Part shown: piece after piece, positions 16,107 through 29,787 of the stretch | How the letters are laid out: the number at the start of each line of letters is the position of its first letter | Position numbering within the stretch: position 1 is the first letter of the stretch | Origin: Paracoccaceae bacterium | GTDB lineage: Bacteria; Pseudomonadota; Alphaproteobacteria; Rhodobacterales; Rhodobacteraceae | Length of the DNA stretch: 47,019 nucleotides | NCBI GenBank assembly: GCA_047629975.1 | Contig: JBLHUT010000001.1 | Coordinates: forward strand, 1-47,019 | Direction: 5' to 3' | Notes under the pieces: generated by a model | Told to the model about the DNA's origin: nothing | The model's database searches: none | Seen by the model: the letters and a program-made list of their open reading frames with translations, nothing else | Position numbers and translations under genes: made by a program

Positions 16107-17180
16107 TTATGAGCGGTCCTTGACCGGCAGCAGGCCACGTATCATGCGAAAAATATAGGGCGTTGCAAAGATCACAAGCACAATGCGCGCCACATGGGCG
16201 GTGGATACATAGGCCACATCCTGATCCATCGCCAAAGCAAGCAGGCTCATTTCGGTCAGTCCACCGGGCGAATAGGCCAAAAATGTCTGCCCCAGTGGGG
16301 AAGCGGTGATGAAGCTTGCCATGACGGCAAACACAACCGCAACCGCGATCATGACAATCGACGCCCCCGCCCCGAGCACAAGGTCACGGCCGACAACGGC
16401 CAGCGGCGCGCCGAGAAAACGACAGCCGATGGTGCAGCCGATGATGATTTGTGCAACAATGACCAGCGCAGTCGGAGGCGCCACGACAACGATTTCACCC
16501 AGATGAAGTGCCGCACTCAGGATCATCGGACCCAACATTCCTGCCGCGGGCAACGACAATCTCTTGGCCCCCCAAACACCTGCCACGGCACACAGCAGCA
16601 TCAAGACACCGTCCGTCGGCGACAGATCGGAAAATGTAGTGAACGGGCGCCCCGAACCGTTGGCCGACACCCCAAGTGCGAAGCCGTAAAACAAGGCCAC
16701 GCAGGTGATGACCACCAGAATACGCATCGCATGCGCCAGTGCGATATGGCGCAAATCGCCCCCTGCCTCCTCGCCAAGGATCAGCATTTCGTTCAACCCG
16801 CCGGGCATGGCCGAAAAGAAGGCTGTAACCGGGTCGTAGCCCCCCACCCGACGAAAGAAAATGTAACTTATCCAAGCGCTTGCGGCAATAAACGGGGGGA
16901 GTAGCACAAGCGTGGCTATCCAGCCTGCGATATTCGAGAAGATTTCGGGGCTGAACCCTGCGCCCAGCAAGACACCGATCACGGGGATCACAAAGGTGCG
17001 CATTTTCCCCGGCGCCTTGAGCGGAAGATGCAGCAGCGCGCAAATCGTGGTGCCTATCATCGGTCCAAGCATCCACGGCAGCGGCAGACCGACGCGGTTC
17101 GCAAAAAATCCCGACACCGCGCCGATTGCTAAGGTCAGGCAGATCCGCATCACGGCTGGGGTGTCGAATTTGGCAAACAT
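16107..17180 (-). CDS. AbrB-duplication family membrane protein (annotated in databases as AbrB family regulator / putative ammonia monooxygenase)
   Basis: About 357 aa of polytopic membrane protein. Contains GLPLPWMLGPMIG and an internally duplicated SLPAAGMLGPMILSAAL motif. The start was set to ATG 17180 because a strong terminator hairpin occupies 17251-17288. Confidence 0.85.
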   Translation of the reverse strand: MFAKFDTPAVMRICLTLAIGAVSGFFANRVGLPLPWMLGPMIGTTICALLHLPLKAPGKMRTFVIPVIGVLLGAGFSPEIFSNIAGWIATLVLLPPFIAASAWISYIFFRRVGGYDPVTAFFSAMPGGLNEMLILGEEAGGDLRHIALAHAMRILVVITCVALFYGFALGVSANGSGRPFTTFSDLSPTDGVLMLLCAVAGVWGAKRLSLPAAGMLGPMILSAALHLGEIVVVAPPTALVIVAQIIIGCTIGCRFLGAPLAVVGRDLVLGAGASIVMIAVAVVFAVMASFITASPLGQTFLAYSPGGLTEMSLLALAMDQDVAYVSTAHVARIVLVIFATPYIFRMIRGLLPVKDRS

Positions 17181-17250
17181 GGGTCGGGCTGACACTCCGG
17201 TTGGCGGGCGGTCTTGCCCACGAGATTTCATCATCGAAACGGGCTGTGCA

Positions 17251-17288
17251 ACAACAAACGCCCCGCCCTTCACAAGAAAGGGCGGGGC
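17251..17288 (-). terminator. rho-independent terminator downstream of gltB
   Basis: On the minus strand: GCCCCGCCCTT (17288-17278), a 7-nt loop, AAGGGCGGGGC (17270-17260), then GTTTGTTGT. It begins 39 nt after the gltB stop. Confidence 0.65.
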
Positions 17289-17327
17289 GCGGCGATAAAG
17301 GCTCTGAAAACCAGTAGCAGGCGGGGT

Positions 17328-21866
<4,539 letters not shown>

Positions 21867-21935
21867 CGGTCAATCCTTTTCGGTTCGGGTGCAGATCGCG
21901 GATCTGCCTTGATGTGTTTTCAGGTCGGCGCGCAG

Positions 21936-22649
21936 TCAAAGTTCTGTAACGCCGCAGTCATATTTTGGCTTTGTATCCCCGAAGCCTTCCATGCCGGGTC
22001 GCAAGATCTCAACGGGGCTATAATTGCTCTCGTCGGTGATCCCGTCCTGGGTCCAGGTATCGGTGCCAAGCAGAATAAGGTTCTCGCTGGCCAGCACGTA
22101 CTGGTTGCCAAAGCTGCGATAGACCTCTTCGCGGGTCTCGGCATCAACGGCCACAGAGGCGAATTCAGTCACCAGCAACTCTTCGTCGTTGATGCGCTTT
22201 GATGTGCCCGTGAGCCGGTCGATCCCGATATAGGTGGTCTTGCTGTCTCCGTCGGGTGACGTTTCTATCGTGGTGAATTCGTAAGCATTCTCGCCGGTTT
22301 CAATCAGCTCCGACAGCAGGGCCGGGCGGGGGCCGTTCTCGAACATCCGCTCGCGGGATCCATCAAAGAAAAAGTAGGTATCAAGCCACTGGAATTCCTT
22401 GTTGAAGGTCGCAACAGAGCTGGCCCCCTCCTCTCCAAAGGTGGCTTCCCATGTTGTCCCGTCGGGAGCCGCGCTGCACCGCCACAAAAGCGAGGCAGCA
22501 CAGCTTTTGTACTGGACCGTCAGAAAGGCGGTGCAACCGGCGGGCGGCGTATCGGTTTGCGCAAACGCCGGTGGGGCAACACTTATTGCCCCGCCGGCAA
22601 CAAGCCAGCCCGTCAACGCGACCAGTAACCGTGGCAAAGGCTGTGTCAT
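21936..22649 (-). CDS. secreted hypothetical protein encoded between gltD and gltB
   Basis: 237 aa from ATG 22649. Signal peptide MTQPLPRLLVALTGWLVAGGAISVAPPAFA. Four Cys in the mature part. I recognise no family motif. Confidence 0.7.
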   Translation of the reverse strand: MTQPLPRLLVALTGWLVAGGAISVAPPAFAQTDTPPAGCTAFLTVQYKSCAASLLWRCSAAPDGTTWEATFGEEGASSVATFNKEFQWLDTYFFFDGSRERMFENGPRPALLSELIETGENAYEFTTIETSPDGDSKTTYIGIDRLTGTSKRINDEELLVTEFASVAVDAETREEVYRSFGNQYVLASENLILLGTDTWTQDGITDESNYSPVEILRPGMEGFGDTKPKYDCGVTEL

Positions 22650-22692
22650 GTGCAAGCCCCGACGATCCTGCCTGAAAAAGTGGTGCGCCCGT

Positions 22693-24126
22693 TCATTCGG
22701 CCGCAACCGCGCTGGTGCTGTTCAAACGCTCCAGAATGGCTTCGGCTGCTTCGCGCCCGTCACGAATGGCCCAAACCACAAGGCTGGCCCCGCGCACGAT
22801 ATCGCCAACGGCAAAAACGCCGGGCATCTCGGTTTCATGCGTGCGGAAATTTGCCTTTACTGTGCCCCAGCGTGTGACCTTCAGATCCGGTTCGTCCCAC
22901 AGGGTGGGCAGGTCTTCGGGTTCGAAACCAAGGGCCTGAATGACCAGATCGGCCTCTTCGACATAATCGGCCCCTTCGATCAGCTCGGGGGCCTGTCGGC
23001 CACTGGCGTCGGGTGCACCAAGGCGCATTTTCTGGACCATGACACCCGAAACCGGCGATCCTGTGAAGCCTTTGGGCGCAGTCAGCCATTCAAACTGCAC
23101 GCCTTCTTCTTCGGCATTTTGCACTTCACGCTGGCTGCCGGGCATGTTGGCGCGGTCACGGCGGTACAGACATTTCACGCTTTCGGCTCCTTGACGGATC
23201 GCGGTGCGCACGCAATCCATCGCAGTGTCACCGCCGCCGATCACGACAACCTTACGACCCTGTGCATTCAATGTACCATCGTCAAACTCTGGCACAGTAT
23301 CGCCAAAGCTTTTGCGGTTGCTGGCAGTCAGAAAATCGAGCGCCGGCACGATGCCTTTGGCTCCCACGCCGGGGGCCTGAAGAGCACGCGTTTTATAAAC
23401 ACCGGTCGCAATGATCACTGCATCATGGGCGCCGCGGATATCGGCAAAGCTGATGTCAGCGCCGACATTGCAGTTGAGTTCGAGGGTGATGCCCCCGTCC
23501 TGAAGCTGGCGGGTCCGTTTTTCGACGATCTCCTTTTCCAGCTTGAAACCCGGAATGCCGTAGGTCATCAAACCGCCGGCACGATCGTAACGGTCATAGA
23601 CCGTCACCTGAACGCCCTGCCTGCGCAGCATGTCCGCAGCGGCCAGACCCCCCGGGCCTGCGCCGATAATGCCTACGCTTTGCGTACGCTCTTGCGCGGG
23701 TTTGATTGCCTTGACCCAGCCTTGTTCGAAAGCAGTGTCGGTGATGTACTTTTCAATCGAACCGATCGTCACCGTCCCGTGGCCAGATTTCTCGATCACG
23801 CAATTGCCTTCGCAAAGACGGTCCTGAGGGCAAATGCGACCACAGATTTCAGGGAATGTATTGGTTGCTTGACTGAGTTCATAGGCTTCCTGAAGGCGGC
23901 CTTCCGCCGTCAGGCGCAACCAATCGGGGATATTGTTGTGCAACGGGCAATGGGTCTGGCAATAAGGAACGCCACATTGGCTGCACCGGCCGGCCTGTTC
24001 GGCGGCTTTGGTGCTTGCATATTCCGCATAAATTTCATTGAAATCATGCGAACGCAGATCAGGCGCGCGCTTTTGCGGGGTTTCTTTTTCGACGGATACG
24101 AATTTGAGCATCTTTTGCTGGGCCAC
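22693..24126 (-). CDS. gltD: glutamate synthase (NADPH) small subunit
   Basis: 477 aa. N-terminal Fe-S Cys clusters (CSQCGVPYCQTHCPLHNNIP; CGRICPQDRLCEGNC) and dinucleotide motifs GAGPGGLAAA and VVVIGGGDTAMDC. GTG 24126 has GGGAGG 6 nt upstream. Confidence 0.97.
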   Translation of the reverse strand: MAQQKMLKFVSVEKETPQKRAPDLRSHDFNEIYAEYASTKAAEQAGRCSQCGVPYCQTHCPLHNNIPDWLRLTAEGRLQEAYELSQATNTFPEICGRICPQDRLCEGNCVIEKSGHGTVTIGSIEKYITDTAFEQGWVKAIKPAQERTQSVGIIGAGPGGLAAADMLRRQGVQVTVYDRYDRAGGLMTYGIPGFKLEKEIVEKRTRQLQDGGITLELNCNVGADISFADIRGAHDAVIIATGVYKTRALQAPGVGAKGIVPALDFLTASNRKSFGDTVPEFDDGTLNAQGRKVVVIGGGDTAMDCVRTAIRQGAESVKCLYRRDRANMPGSQREVQNAEEEGVQFEWLTAPKGFTGSPVSGVMVQKMRLGAPDASGRQAPELIEGADYVEEADLVIQALGFEPEDLPTLWDEPDLKVTRWGTVKANFRTHETEMPGVFAVGDIVRGASLVVWAIRDGREAAEAILERLNSTSAVAAE

Positions 24127-24336
24127 GGTCTGCCTCCCTATCTGAACTGAGCTTTTACAAAAGGTTCGAATGGAAATAAAGTCAGGAGTGCTGACTTAAA
24201 TGCAGGTTTAGCAAACTTTTTTGTTCTGGATGGCCCTAATTCAGGGTTTTTTAGGTCAGCATTAGTGACCTATGTGCCTGTTTGGTGTAGTTTTTGCCAT
24301 GCTGGTGCCTGTGCGCCAGTGTAACGGAGTCGTTAA

Positions 24337-25143
24337 ATGCCCCTTTTTCAACTTTTTCTTGTCGCCGTGTTACAGGGATTGACAGAATTTCTTCCTGTCT
24401 CGTCCTCGGGGCACCTGATTCTGTTGCCCAAACTGACCGGAATGAATGATCAGGGGCTGGCAATAGATGTGGCTGTTCATGTGGGGACGCTGTTTGCGGT
24501 TGTGCTGTACTTCTGGTCGGATGTGCGGCTGGCGCTTGGTGGTACCTGGCGGTTGTTGCACGGAAAGGTCGATACCCAAGGGGCGTGGCTGGCCTTGTGT
24601 CTTGCGATTGCGACTGTTCCTGTGATCGTGGTGGGCATAACGCTCAAGCTGCTCAATCTGGACGATGTGCTGCGCAATGTTACAGTTATCGGCTGGACGA
24701 TGCTTTTGTTGGGGCTGCTGCTGTACTGGGCCGACCAGAAGTTTACGTCTGACAGACGCGCGGAAAAGTGGGGATTGCGGGATGCGGTCATATTGGGCCT
24801 CTGGCAGGCCGTCGCCCTTATCCCCGGGACATCAAGATCGGGGATTACAATCACTGGCGCACGCATGTTGGGGTTTGACAGAGAGGGCGCGGCACGGCTC
24901 TCGATGTTGATGTCGATTCCGACAATTCTTGCCTCTGGGCTGGTTCTTGGTCTGGACGTCATCGGGCAAGCGGATCTTCAATTGGCAAAAGACGCCGGCG
25001 TTGCCGCCGTCTTTGCTTTTGGTGCTGCACTGCTGGCGCTTACGTTGATGATGCGTCTGCTGCGATCGGTAAGTTTTACGCCTTACGTGATTTACCGGGT
25101 GATCCTTGGGGTTGGCTTGCTTGTGATCGGTTATTCAAGCTAG
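24337..25143 (+). CDS. uppP: undecaprenyl-diphosphate phosphatase
   Basis: 268 aa. BacA/UppP motifs VLQGLTEFLPVSSSGHL and PGTSRSGITI. Polytopic membrane protein. Confidence 0.95.
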   Translation: MPLFQLFLVAVLQGLTEFLPVSSSGHLILLPKLTGMNDQGLAIDVAVHVGTLFAVVLYFWSDVRLALGGTWRLLHGKVDTQGAWLALCLAIATVPVIVVGITLKLLNLDDVLRNVTVIGWTMLLLGLLLYWADQKFTSDRRAEKWGLRDAVILGLWQAVALIPGTSRSGITITGARMLGFDREGAARLSMLMSIPTILASGLVLGLDVIGQADLQLAKDAGVAAVFAFGAALLALTLMMRLLRSVSFTPYVIYRVILGVGLLVIGYSS

Positions 25144-25161
25144 GCCGTCCTCGGGGCCCAG

Positions 25162-27645
25162 CTATCCTGTCTTCTCGAGCATATCCTCTTCTTGGTGCTG
25201 TTCGCTGCGCGAAGGGGGCAAGTGGTCTTGGGCATCGGTCGTAAACGCGCTCACGGTTTCCGCAAGCGAGATCGCCTCATTGGTCAAGGCGTGACTTGCG
25301 GCTGTTGTCTCCTCGAACATGGCGGCATTTTGCTGGGTGGCCTGATCCAGCTGGGTCACAGCGGCGTTGATCTCTGCGATGCCGGTGGACTGGTCACGCG
25401 AGGAGGTGGCGATTTCCGAGACATGTTGCGATAGCTCCTTGACCGCAGCCGCGATCGACTGGAGCGCATTACCGGTCTGGTCAACCAGTTTGACCCCTTG
25501 TTTGACGTGCGCGCCACTTTGGGAGATCAGAACATTGATCTCTTTTGCGGCATCCGAAGATCGTTGCGCCAAGGCGCGCACTTCGGACGCAACCACCGCA
25601 AACCCGCGACCTGCTTCTCCTGCGCGTGCCGCCTCGACGCCGGCGTTCAGTGCAAGCAGATTTGTCTGGAAAGCAATATCGTCGATCACGGTAATGATCT
25701 TTGAAATCTGTCCCGACGAGGTTTCGATCTGTGACATTGCCGAAACAGCGTCGCGGACCACTTCGCCGCTTTGCTCGGCGTTGTTTTTGGCGTCCTCGAC
25801 AAGCTCGTTTGCCTTTTCGGCGCCAACGGCTGCGGCCTGCACCGAATTGGTCAACTGGTCCAGGGCTGCTGCGGTTTCTTCGAGGGTCGCGGCGGATTGT
25901 TCTGTCCGGCGTGACAGGTTGTCGGCGGCGCTGGTGATCTCGGCGGCCTCCTGCCGGATACTTCCCGACACGGCGATAACGTTGTTCAACGCACCCGACA
26001 ACTTTGAAATCGCGGTGTTGAAGTTTGTCCGCAACGTTTCATAATCGTCGGCGAACGGCTCTGTGAGCTGGGCGGTAAGGTCTCCAGAACTTAGCCGTTG
26101 AAGGGCCATGGTCAGATCGTTCACAACCTGATCTTGCTCTTTTTCGGCCTTTTCGCGGGCTTTGAGGGTTGCAATGCGCTCCAACTCGTTTTCGGTCACA
26201 TCGGCGGCAAGCAAAAGGGCGCGCATCGGTATGTTGTTTCCGTCCATGACCGCGTTGAGATTACCGTCGATGTAGGAGACTTTTCCAGAAGCAGATTTAA
26301 GCTGGAACTTCCCGAAGACCGGTTCCCCCTTTTTGACCTTTTCCCACAATTCGGGAATGGACTGTGTCATCCCCGGACCGGGCAACAGCAATTGTGAAAG
26401 TGGTATTTTCTGACCTTTCAGTGCGCCGTCGCCCTTGAGGTTCTCAAACCGTACGTTGGCTGAGCTCAAGGTCCCGTCCATAAAGAATTCTGCCTTTACC
26501 TGGTCACGGTCCAACGAAGACAAAATGGACGTCTGCATCCTGCTGTTGGTGACATCACTCCATTCTATAATGTAGCCGATGAGGTCCTTTCTATCATCAT
26601 AAACACCGCCGATTATCAGGCCGAACCGGGCCTCGCCCACAGAGAATTCCGCGTTCATCGGAAGCGATTGGGTGTCGGTCATCATCCGGCGGTTGTGGTC
26701 CGGATTGCGGTGGAACAGATCCATGTTCCGGCCCACCAGTTGTTCGGGGTCAAAATCGGGACGGACTTCCTTGAATATTTCGACATGTTGCTGCAGCAAG
26801 CCTACGGCTGCGGCATTGACCAGCTGGATGTCAAAATTTTTGCTGACAACCATCATGGCAGCCGAAGAACTGTTGAAAGCTGTCGCTCTGAAGTGGCTGT
26901 CGGCGCGCATTTGTTCGGCTTCGCTCAGGCTTGAGCGGAAACTTTCGACCGAGCGTGCAATGTCGCCCACTTCGTCGCGGCGACGCTGGCTCGGGATCGA
27001 GATGTCGAACTTCTGATCCGAAATATCCTTGAGAGCGGAGCGAATGCTGACCAAAGGACGCGAGAGATAAGACCGCAAAAAGATCATCGCGGCCACAAGC
27101 GTTGCCAGAAAGACACCGAACGAGACCAAACCGTTCAGCAACAGGTTGTCCTTCATCTGCACCAGAAGCGGCGCATCCGTGAATTCCATGACCAATACGC
27201 CAACGACGTCTTTTTTCGCGCCGACCCGCACCAGACCGGCAACCGTCATGCCCGAGGCTGAAACCGTGGTCTCTTGTGCGCCCATTGCGCTGCGCCCAAA
27301 TTCGGCAAGCGCGGTGGTATCTTGATCGTTGGCAGAGCGGCTGACCAGAACGTCGCCTGAAGAATTGATGACCACCCCCGCAAGCGCCTGCTGACCCAAA
27401 TTCGCGATGGTGGAATCGAGGGTTTCCGTAAGCGCTTTTGCATTCCCGAATTTTACCGCACCGCCGATCTGATCCCCGATAATGTGCGTCACTTCATATG
27501 CCAGCAACGAAGTCCCTTTGCGTATGGATTGCAATTCGGCCCGATAGGCCAGAGCAAAGAATGTAATCGCGACAAGCGCTGTGCACACGGTAAGCACCAG
27601 CGAGGTCACGGCAAAAACCGACTTGCCAATTCTCAGGGACATCAT
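25162..27645 (-). CDS. methyl-accepting chemotaxis protein (TM-periplasmic-TM-HAMP-PAS region-MA domain)
   Basis: About 827 aa from ATG 27645. Two TM helices flank a periplasmic region of about 150 aa. The highly conserved signalling hairpin [40 protein letters not shown] is present. Confidence 0.93.
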   Translation of the reverse strand: MMSLRIGKSVFAVTSLVLTVCTALVAITFFALAYRAELQSIRKGTSLLAYEVTHIIGDQIGGAVKFGNAKALTETLDSTIANLGQQALAGVVINSSGDVLVSRSANDQDTTALAEFGRSAMGAQETTVSASGMTVAGLVRVGAKKDVVGVLVMEFTDAPLLVQMKDNLLLNGLVSFGVFLATLVAAMIFLRSYLSRPLVSIRSALKDISDQKFDISIPSQRRRDEVGDIARSVESFRSSLSEAEQMRADSHFRATAFNSSSAAMMVVSKNFDIQLVNAAAVGLLQQHVEIFKEVRPDFDPEQLVGRNMDLFHRNPDHNRRMMTDTQSLPMNAEFSVGEARFGLIIGGVYDDRKDLIGYIIEWSDVTNSRMQTSILSSLDRDQVKAEFFMDGTLSSANVRFENLKGDGALKGQKIPLSQLLLPGPGMTQSIPELWEKVKKGEPVFGKFQLKSASGKVSYIDGNLNAVMDGNNIPMRALLLAADVTENELERIATLKAREKAEKEQDQVVNDLTMALQRLSSGDLTAQLTEPFADDYETLRTNFNTAISKLSGALNNVIAVSGSIRQEAAEITSAADNLSRRTEQSAATLEETAAALDQLTNSVQAAAVGAEKANELVEDAKNNAEQSGEVVRDAVSAMSQIETSSGQISKIITVIDDIAFQTNLLALNAGVEAARAGEAGRGFAVVASEVRALAQRSSDAAKEINVLISQSGAHVKQGVKLVDQTGNALQSIAAAVKELSQHVSEIATSSRDQSTGIAEINAAVTQLDQATQQNAAMFEETTAASHALTNEAISLAETVSAFTTDAQDHLPPSRSEQHQEEDMLEKTG

Positions 27646-27714
27646 GGGAACCTTGTTTGAGAGAAAGCCCGCCCCGTTATCGGAGCAAGCCAAAAAGTGG
27701 AATGGGATCGAACC

Positions 27715-28287
27715 CTACATCAGGGCTTCTGCATTCACGCCGATGGTGATCGCGCCGATCGGGGCGCTTGTATCTGGGTCGGTGATGACAAATGAAATCT
27801 GACCCTGATAGGTCTGACTTGATTCATCAAACTCGATCTCGCTGAAATGAACAGCACCCGCACCCTTGGGGAATGTTTCCGAGAATTTCGACTCGTCCCC
27901 TTGCCAGTAATCCGACGTCACATCGCTGGCCGCTACGTTCAGGCCACGCGCATCCATCGCGAAAACTTCGGTGATCGCGCCGCCCGACTCTTCAACCTGC
28001 GCGCGCAGAAAATCTGCAACCGGGCCGGTGAGGACAGGCGTGATCAACGTTTGAGTGGATGTACCGACCTCGGCCCGCCATTGGAGGTCCATCTCGTCGA
28101 TGGCGCTTTGTGCCAGTCCGGAGGTCTTCATATTCTGTGATTTGATCGCATCGGCAAGCATCGGATTGCCGGCCCATTTCATGATATGACCCTCGTAATA
28201 CGAGTTCATAGCCGGGGCGTATTCATTCGCGACTGCCGCTTGACCAAAAGTAAGGCACAGTGCGCAGAGCATCAGGCGTTTTGTCAT
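27715..28287 (-). CDS. secreted sensor-like (PDC/Cache-like fold suspected) protein upstream of the MCP
   Basis: 190 aa. Signal peptide MTKRLMLCALCLTFGQAAVA. AAGGA lies 6 nt upstream of ATG 28287. The segment VFAMDARGLNVAASDVTSDYWQGDE.KF......GAVHFSEIEFDESSQTYQGQISFVI resembles extracytoplasmic sensor domains; the fold assignment is by eye only. Confidence 0.7.
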   Translation of the reverse strand: MTKRLMLCALCLTFGQAAVANEYAPAMNSYYEGHIMKWAGNPMLADAIKSQNMKTSGLAQSAIDEMDLQWRAEVGTSTQTLITPVLTGPVADFLRAQVEESGGAITEVFAMDARGLNVAASDVTSDYWQGDESKFSETFPKGAGAVHFSEIEFDESSQTYQGQISFVITDPDTSAPIGAITIGVNAEALM

Positions 28288-28460
28288 TTTGCATCCTTCC
28301 GTAGCATCAACTGTATGTGTCCGGAAAGAATAGGCATGGAACTGCTTACAGCAGGTTAACTTCCTTATTTCATTGGGTTGCGAGCGTTTCTTGACCCATT
28401 AACCAGAATCAGGAAAATTGACGCGAGCCACTTTCAAGGTATTGGCTGTGGCCGAAAGGC

Positions 28461-28484
28461 TGTCCTGCCACGGATGGCAGGACA
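28461..28484. terminator. 10-bp perfect hairpin just downstream of the class-V PLP enzyme gene
   Basis: TGTCCTGCCA cgga TGGCAGGACA (28461-28470 / 28475-28484), 7 nt from the stop at 28491. The U-tract is better on the plus strand than on the minus strand, so its terminator role is uncertain. Confidence 0.4.
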
Positions 28485-28490
28485 TTTCTT

Positions 28491-29744
28491 CTAGCGTTCT
28501 GCAATTCCGGCCATCGCGGCAAGAAACTGTGCAACTTCGCCGGTGGTATTATAGTGGCACATTGACACTCTGATGCAGTCGGAAAGCCCGAGAGGGGTCA
28601 GGATGTTGCCCGAATAGTGATCTGCCTTGCGCACATGCACGCGGATACCCTGCTGGTTCAGCGCCTCGACCACATCCGCCGAGGGGACGCCTGTAACTGT
28701 CATCGAGACCAGACCTTCGCGGCGCGGATTGTCGACGCCGCCGATGATCTCGATGCCGGGCAATTCTGCCAGCCCTTTGAGGTTGCCTGTCCCGTGCAAC
28801 ATCGCATCGGTCAGGGTTTTTTCATGGGCATGAATGGCCCGCGCTGCGGCCTCGATACGGGCGCGGGGTGCGGTGTCATCGGTAAAATGACCACCCAGCC
28901 AACCAAGGTAGTCAACCACGTCCGACAGTGTCGCATAGGCTCCTGTGTCGCGGGTGCCCAACTCCCACACGCCTTCGGGTCCGTCGTCAAGCGAATCGTG
29001 GGGCAGGTGGGTCAAACGCGCGCTGATCCACGCAATCCCGTAGCCGTGCCGCGAAAACATCTTGTAAGGAGAAACTGCATAGCCATCCACGCCGTAGCTG
29101 TCGATATCGATATGCCCGTGCGCAGCATGCTGGATGCCGTCGACGATGATCAAACACTCGGGGGCTGTGGCGCGGATCGCTGTTGCAATTGCAGCCACAT
29201 CCACGGACATGCCGGTCACCGGAGACGTGTGCAGGATCGTGGCGACACGCGTCTGCGGTGTGACATGAGCAGCATAGTCAGCCGCATCGACACTGCCTGT
29301 CGCATCGTTATGCGGCACTGAAATATAATCCTGACCGGCGACTTTTGACCACCGTTTCGCCGCCGACCGCGAGGCAGGATGCTCCAGCGTGCTGCCAACG
29401 ACATTTCCCGGACCCGCTCCAAGACAGGCATTCATGATCATCCGGAACAACAATTCGGTTCCACTTTCGCCGACAAACACCTGCCCGGAGCTTGCATTCA
29501 TCAACATCATCACCTCGGCCTTGGCCTTGGTGATAACGCGCACAAGCTCTTGTGCACCGGCATTGGCGCGCCCCTGATTGTCAGGGATGGCTGCATATTT
29601 CGTCGAGGTGTCCACGACCGAATTGAGCGTTAGCGCGCCGCCGGCATTCTCGAAAAAGACGCGGGGTCCCTGCATGGGGCAGGTATCAACCTGAGCAAAG
29701 CGGCTGCGTATGTCATCCATCAGCCCTGTTTTTGTGTCGAACAT
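28491..29744 (-). CDS. aminotransferase class V-fold PLP-dependent enzyme (cysteine desulfurase-like family)
   Basis: 417 aa from ATG 29744. FFENAGGALTLNSV N-terminal motif, THTSPVTG-like segment (LHTSPVTGMS), and a putative PLP-lysine in SPYKMF. The track ORF start (29843) was trimmed. Confidence 0.85.
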   Translation of the reverse strand: MFDTKTGLMDDIRSRFAQVDTCPMQGPRVFFENAGGALTLNSVVDTSTKYAAIPDNQGRANAGAQELVRVITKAKAEVMMLMNASSGQVFVGESGTELLFRMIMNACLGAGPGNVVGSTLEHPASRSAAKRWSKVAGQDYISVPHNDATGSVDAADYAAHVTPQTRVATILHTSPVTGMSVDVAAIATAIRATAPECLIIVDGIQHAAHGHIDIDSYGVDGYAVSPYKMFSRHGYGIAWISARLTHLPHDSLDDGPEGVWELGTRDTGAYATLSDVVDYLGWLGGHFTDDTAPRARIEAAARAIHAHEKTLTDAMLHGTGNLKGLAELPGIEIIGGVDNPRREGLVSMTVTGVPSADVVEALNQQGIRVHVRKADHYSGNILTPLGLSDCIRVSMCHYNTTGEVAQFLAAMAGIAER

Positions 29745-29787
29745 CGTAATCCCGTCCGGTTGAAAGGTTGTGTAAGTCTCGTACGGG

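Noticed and set aside
22399-24150. 583-aa ORF on the plus strand
   Set aside because: It is entirely antisense to gltD, whose translation carries unmistakable Fe-S and FAD/NAD motifs. The antisense product is a low-complexity Arg/Ala/Gly/His-rich sequence with no SD, which is a typical high-GC shadow frame.
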